Shown piece by piece: positions 62,849 to 64,000 of a DNA stretch of 64,000 nucleotides. The stretch spans positions 6,965 through 70,964 of IMG/VR virus record IMGVR_UViG_3300042691_044868; one strand, given 5' to 3'. Source of the DNA: a virus. The notes beneath the pieces were generated by a model. It did not search any database, had not been told where the DNA came from, and worked only from the letters and a program-made list of their open reading frames with translations. Position 1 is the first letter of the stretch; the number at the start of each line of letters is the position of its first letter. The position numbers and the translations under genes were made by a program.

Positions 62849-63703
62849 ATGAAATACATAGTAACTGACGAGAGTATCACGGCAGTCATCGGCGGCAAGG
62901 CTCACACCCTGCGCCGTGACCATGCCAACGCGAGACTGGTGATCGAAGCGATCGCCCGCGGGGACAACGAAGCTGACATCGAGAAGCTGATGGATGTCCA
63001 ACAGGCCATGTCCGCTTACCTTGGCGATAACGTCGAGGTGCGGGACGGCGCTGTCCACCATCGTGGCGAGCAGGTTGACGAGGTCATCTCCAAGAGGATT
63101 CTGGACTTCATGTCCAACAATCTTCCGGTGGCTCCGCTGACCAGGTTCCTCGAGAATCTGTACAACAATCCGAGCCGTAACAGCCGGACGCAGTTGTACA
63201 AGTTCCTCGAGCACGAGCATCTGCCCATCACCGAGGACGGTCACTTCCTTGCCTACAAGTCGGTTCAACCCGACTACACCGACCACCACACCGGCAAGTT
63301 CAGCAACACGGTCGGCTCGGTGCTGAGCATCCAACGGCGCGACGTGGACGACAATCCCGACAACGGTTGTTCGTATGGTTTCCACGCCGGCTCGCTGGAA
63401 TACGCAACCACGTTCGGAGGAAGCGACCGCAAGGTAATGATCGTCAAGATCAACCCTGCTGATGTCGTCTCGGTTCCCAACGACTGCGAATGCCAGAAGC
63501 TTCGCACTGCCCGCTATGAGGTCGTGGCCCACTACACTGGCCCGCTGCCCAAAGCGTACGCAGAAGCGTACGACTCGGTCGAAGACGACATCTATGAAGA
63601 GGATGACGTCGAGGCGAGCGAATCAACGGGTGACAACAGCTTGGTGACCGCCATTCGTGAGGCGGCTAACCGGCTCTTGAACGCCCTGCCCGGAAACAAC
63701 TAA
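62849..63703 (+). CDS. rIIB: rIIB-like protein
   Basis: FLENL..NPS, LY.FL, PITEDG.FLAYK, CS.G.H, VKINPADVVSVP.D, KLR..RYEV. Confidence 0.88.
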   Translation: MKYIVTDESITAVIGGKAHTLRRDHANARLVIEAIARGDNEADIEKLMDVQQAMSAYLGDNVEVRDGAVHHRGEQVDEVISKRILDFMSNNLPVAPLTRFLENLYNNPSRNSRTQLYKFLEHEHLPITEDGHFLAYKSVQPDYTDHHTGKFSNTVGSVLSIQRRDVDDNPDNGCSYGFHAGSLEYATTFGGSDRKVMIVKINPADVVSVPNDCECQKLRTARYEVVAHYTGPLPKAYAEAYDSVEDDIYEEDDVEASESTGDNSLVTAIREAANRLLNALPGNN

Positions 63704-63709
63704 TTGGAG

Positions 63710-63745
63710 GCGGGGGCGTGGGCAACTCCCACGCCCCCGTATTTT
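63710..63745 (+). terminator. terminator-like hairpin after rIIB
   Basis: cgggggcgtggg / cccacgcccccg stem, then TATTTT. Confidence 0.65.
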
Positions 63746-63904
63746 ATGAAAATCAAATACATGACCACAGACAAATTGAAACAACGGCTTGAGGAACTCC
63801 GGACCCCGCAAGCTAAAACCGAAACCCGACCGGCTAAAGGCGACGAATCCGGTAGCCTGTATGCCCGTCACATTGCCGAGGAATTGGCAAGGAGGATCAA
63901 ATGA
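63746..63904 (+). CDS. small basic hypothetical protein
   Basis: ATG after the hairpin; ATGA overlap with the next ORF. Confidence 0.5.
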   Translation: MKIKYMTTDKLKQRLEELRTPQAKTETRPAKGDESGSLYARHIAEELARRIK

Positions 63905-64000
63905 TTACTGAAGTTGAATACAAAGGAAAACAAGCCCGGGACATCGCCGGAACCAAGTATCCCTACGGATACGGATGGCACGAGGAAGAGGTGGAACGTA
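63901..64000 (+). CDS. hypothetical protein, truncated by window end
   Basis: SD aggagg, ATG 63901, open to the end of the window. Confidence 0.55.
   Translation, partial: MITEVEYKGKQARDIAGTKYPYGYGWHEEEVER

Noticed and set aside
1-64000. CRISPR array, diversity-generating retroelement, inteins/introns, alternative genetic code
   Set aside because: No spaced repeats or reverse transcriptase seen; TerL, PolA and helicases are of normal length; genes read through in the standard code and use all three stops. Judged by eye only.

Overview
The window is an internal segment of a dsDNA tailed-phage genome with a podovirus-like layout (no tape-measure, sheath or tube genes seen). A lipoprotein spanin candidate suggests a diderm host. 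Positions 1-38.1 kb (minus strand) hold the virion, packaging and lysis arm: TerL, portal, scaffold, major capsid, fibre/decoration genes, CHAP endolysin with holin and spanin candidates, nozzle/adaptor, three ejection-type proteins including a 4544-aa polyvalent protein, a GH73 muramidase and a cluster of small basic Cys/His proteins. Positions 38.1-47.3 kb (plus) hold the replication arm: resolvase-like nuclease, SF2 helicase, split Cas4/RecB-like nuclease, SSB-like protein, family A DNA polymerase and primase-helicase. Positions 47.3-53.3 kb are an accessory island: Cys-rich pair, HtrA protease, origin-like G-rich region, tRNA-Tyr, a displaced capsid-fibre paralog, two glycosyltransferases and dCMP deaminase. 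Positions 53.4-64 kb are early-type small ORFs, a displaced TerS and rIIA/rIIB. Main observations: (1) a sigma-factor-like module beside an SF2 helicase inside the giant virion protein; (2) about 14 TTGACN-N16-18-(-10) promoters, most only 6-13 nt from the start codon, including two interlocked divergent pairs with identical geometry; (3) a repeated two-state RNA hairpin architecture in early-gene leaders; (4) an Fe-S nuclease split into two ORFs. All family assignments come from motif recognition by eye; no searches were run.
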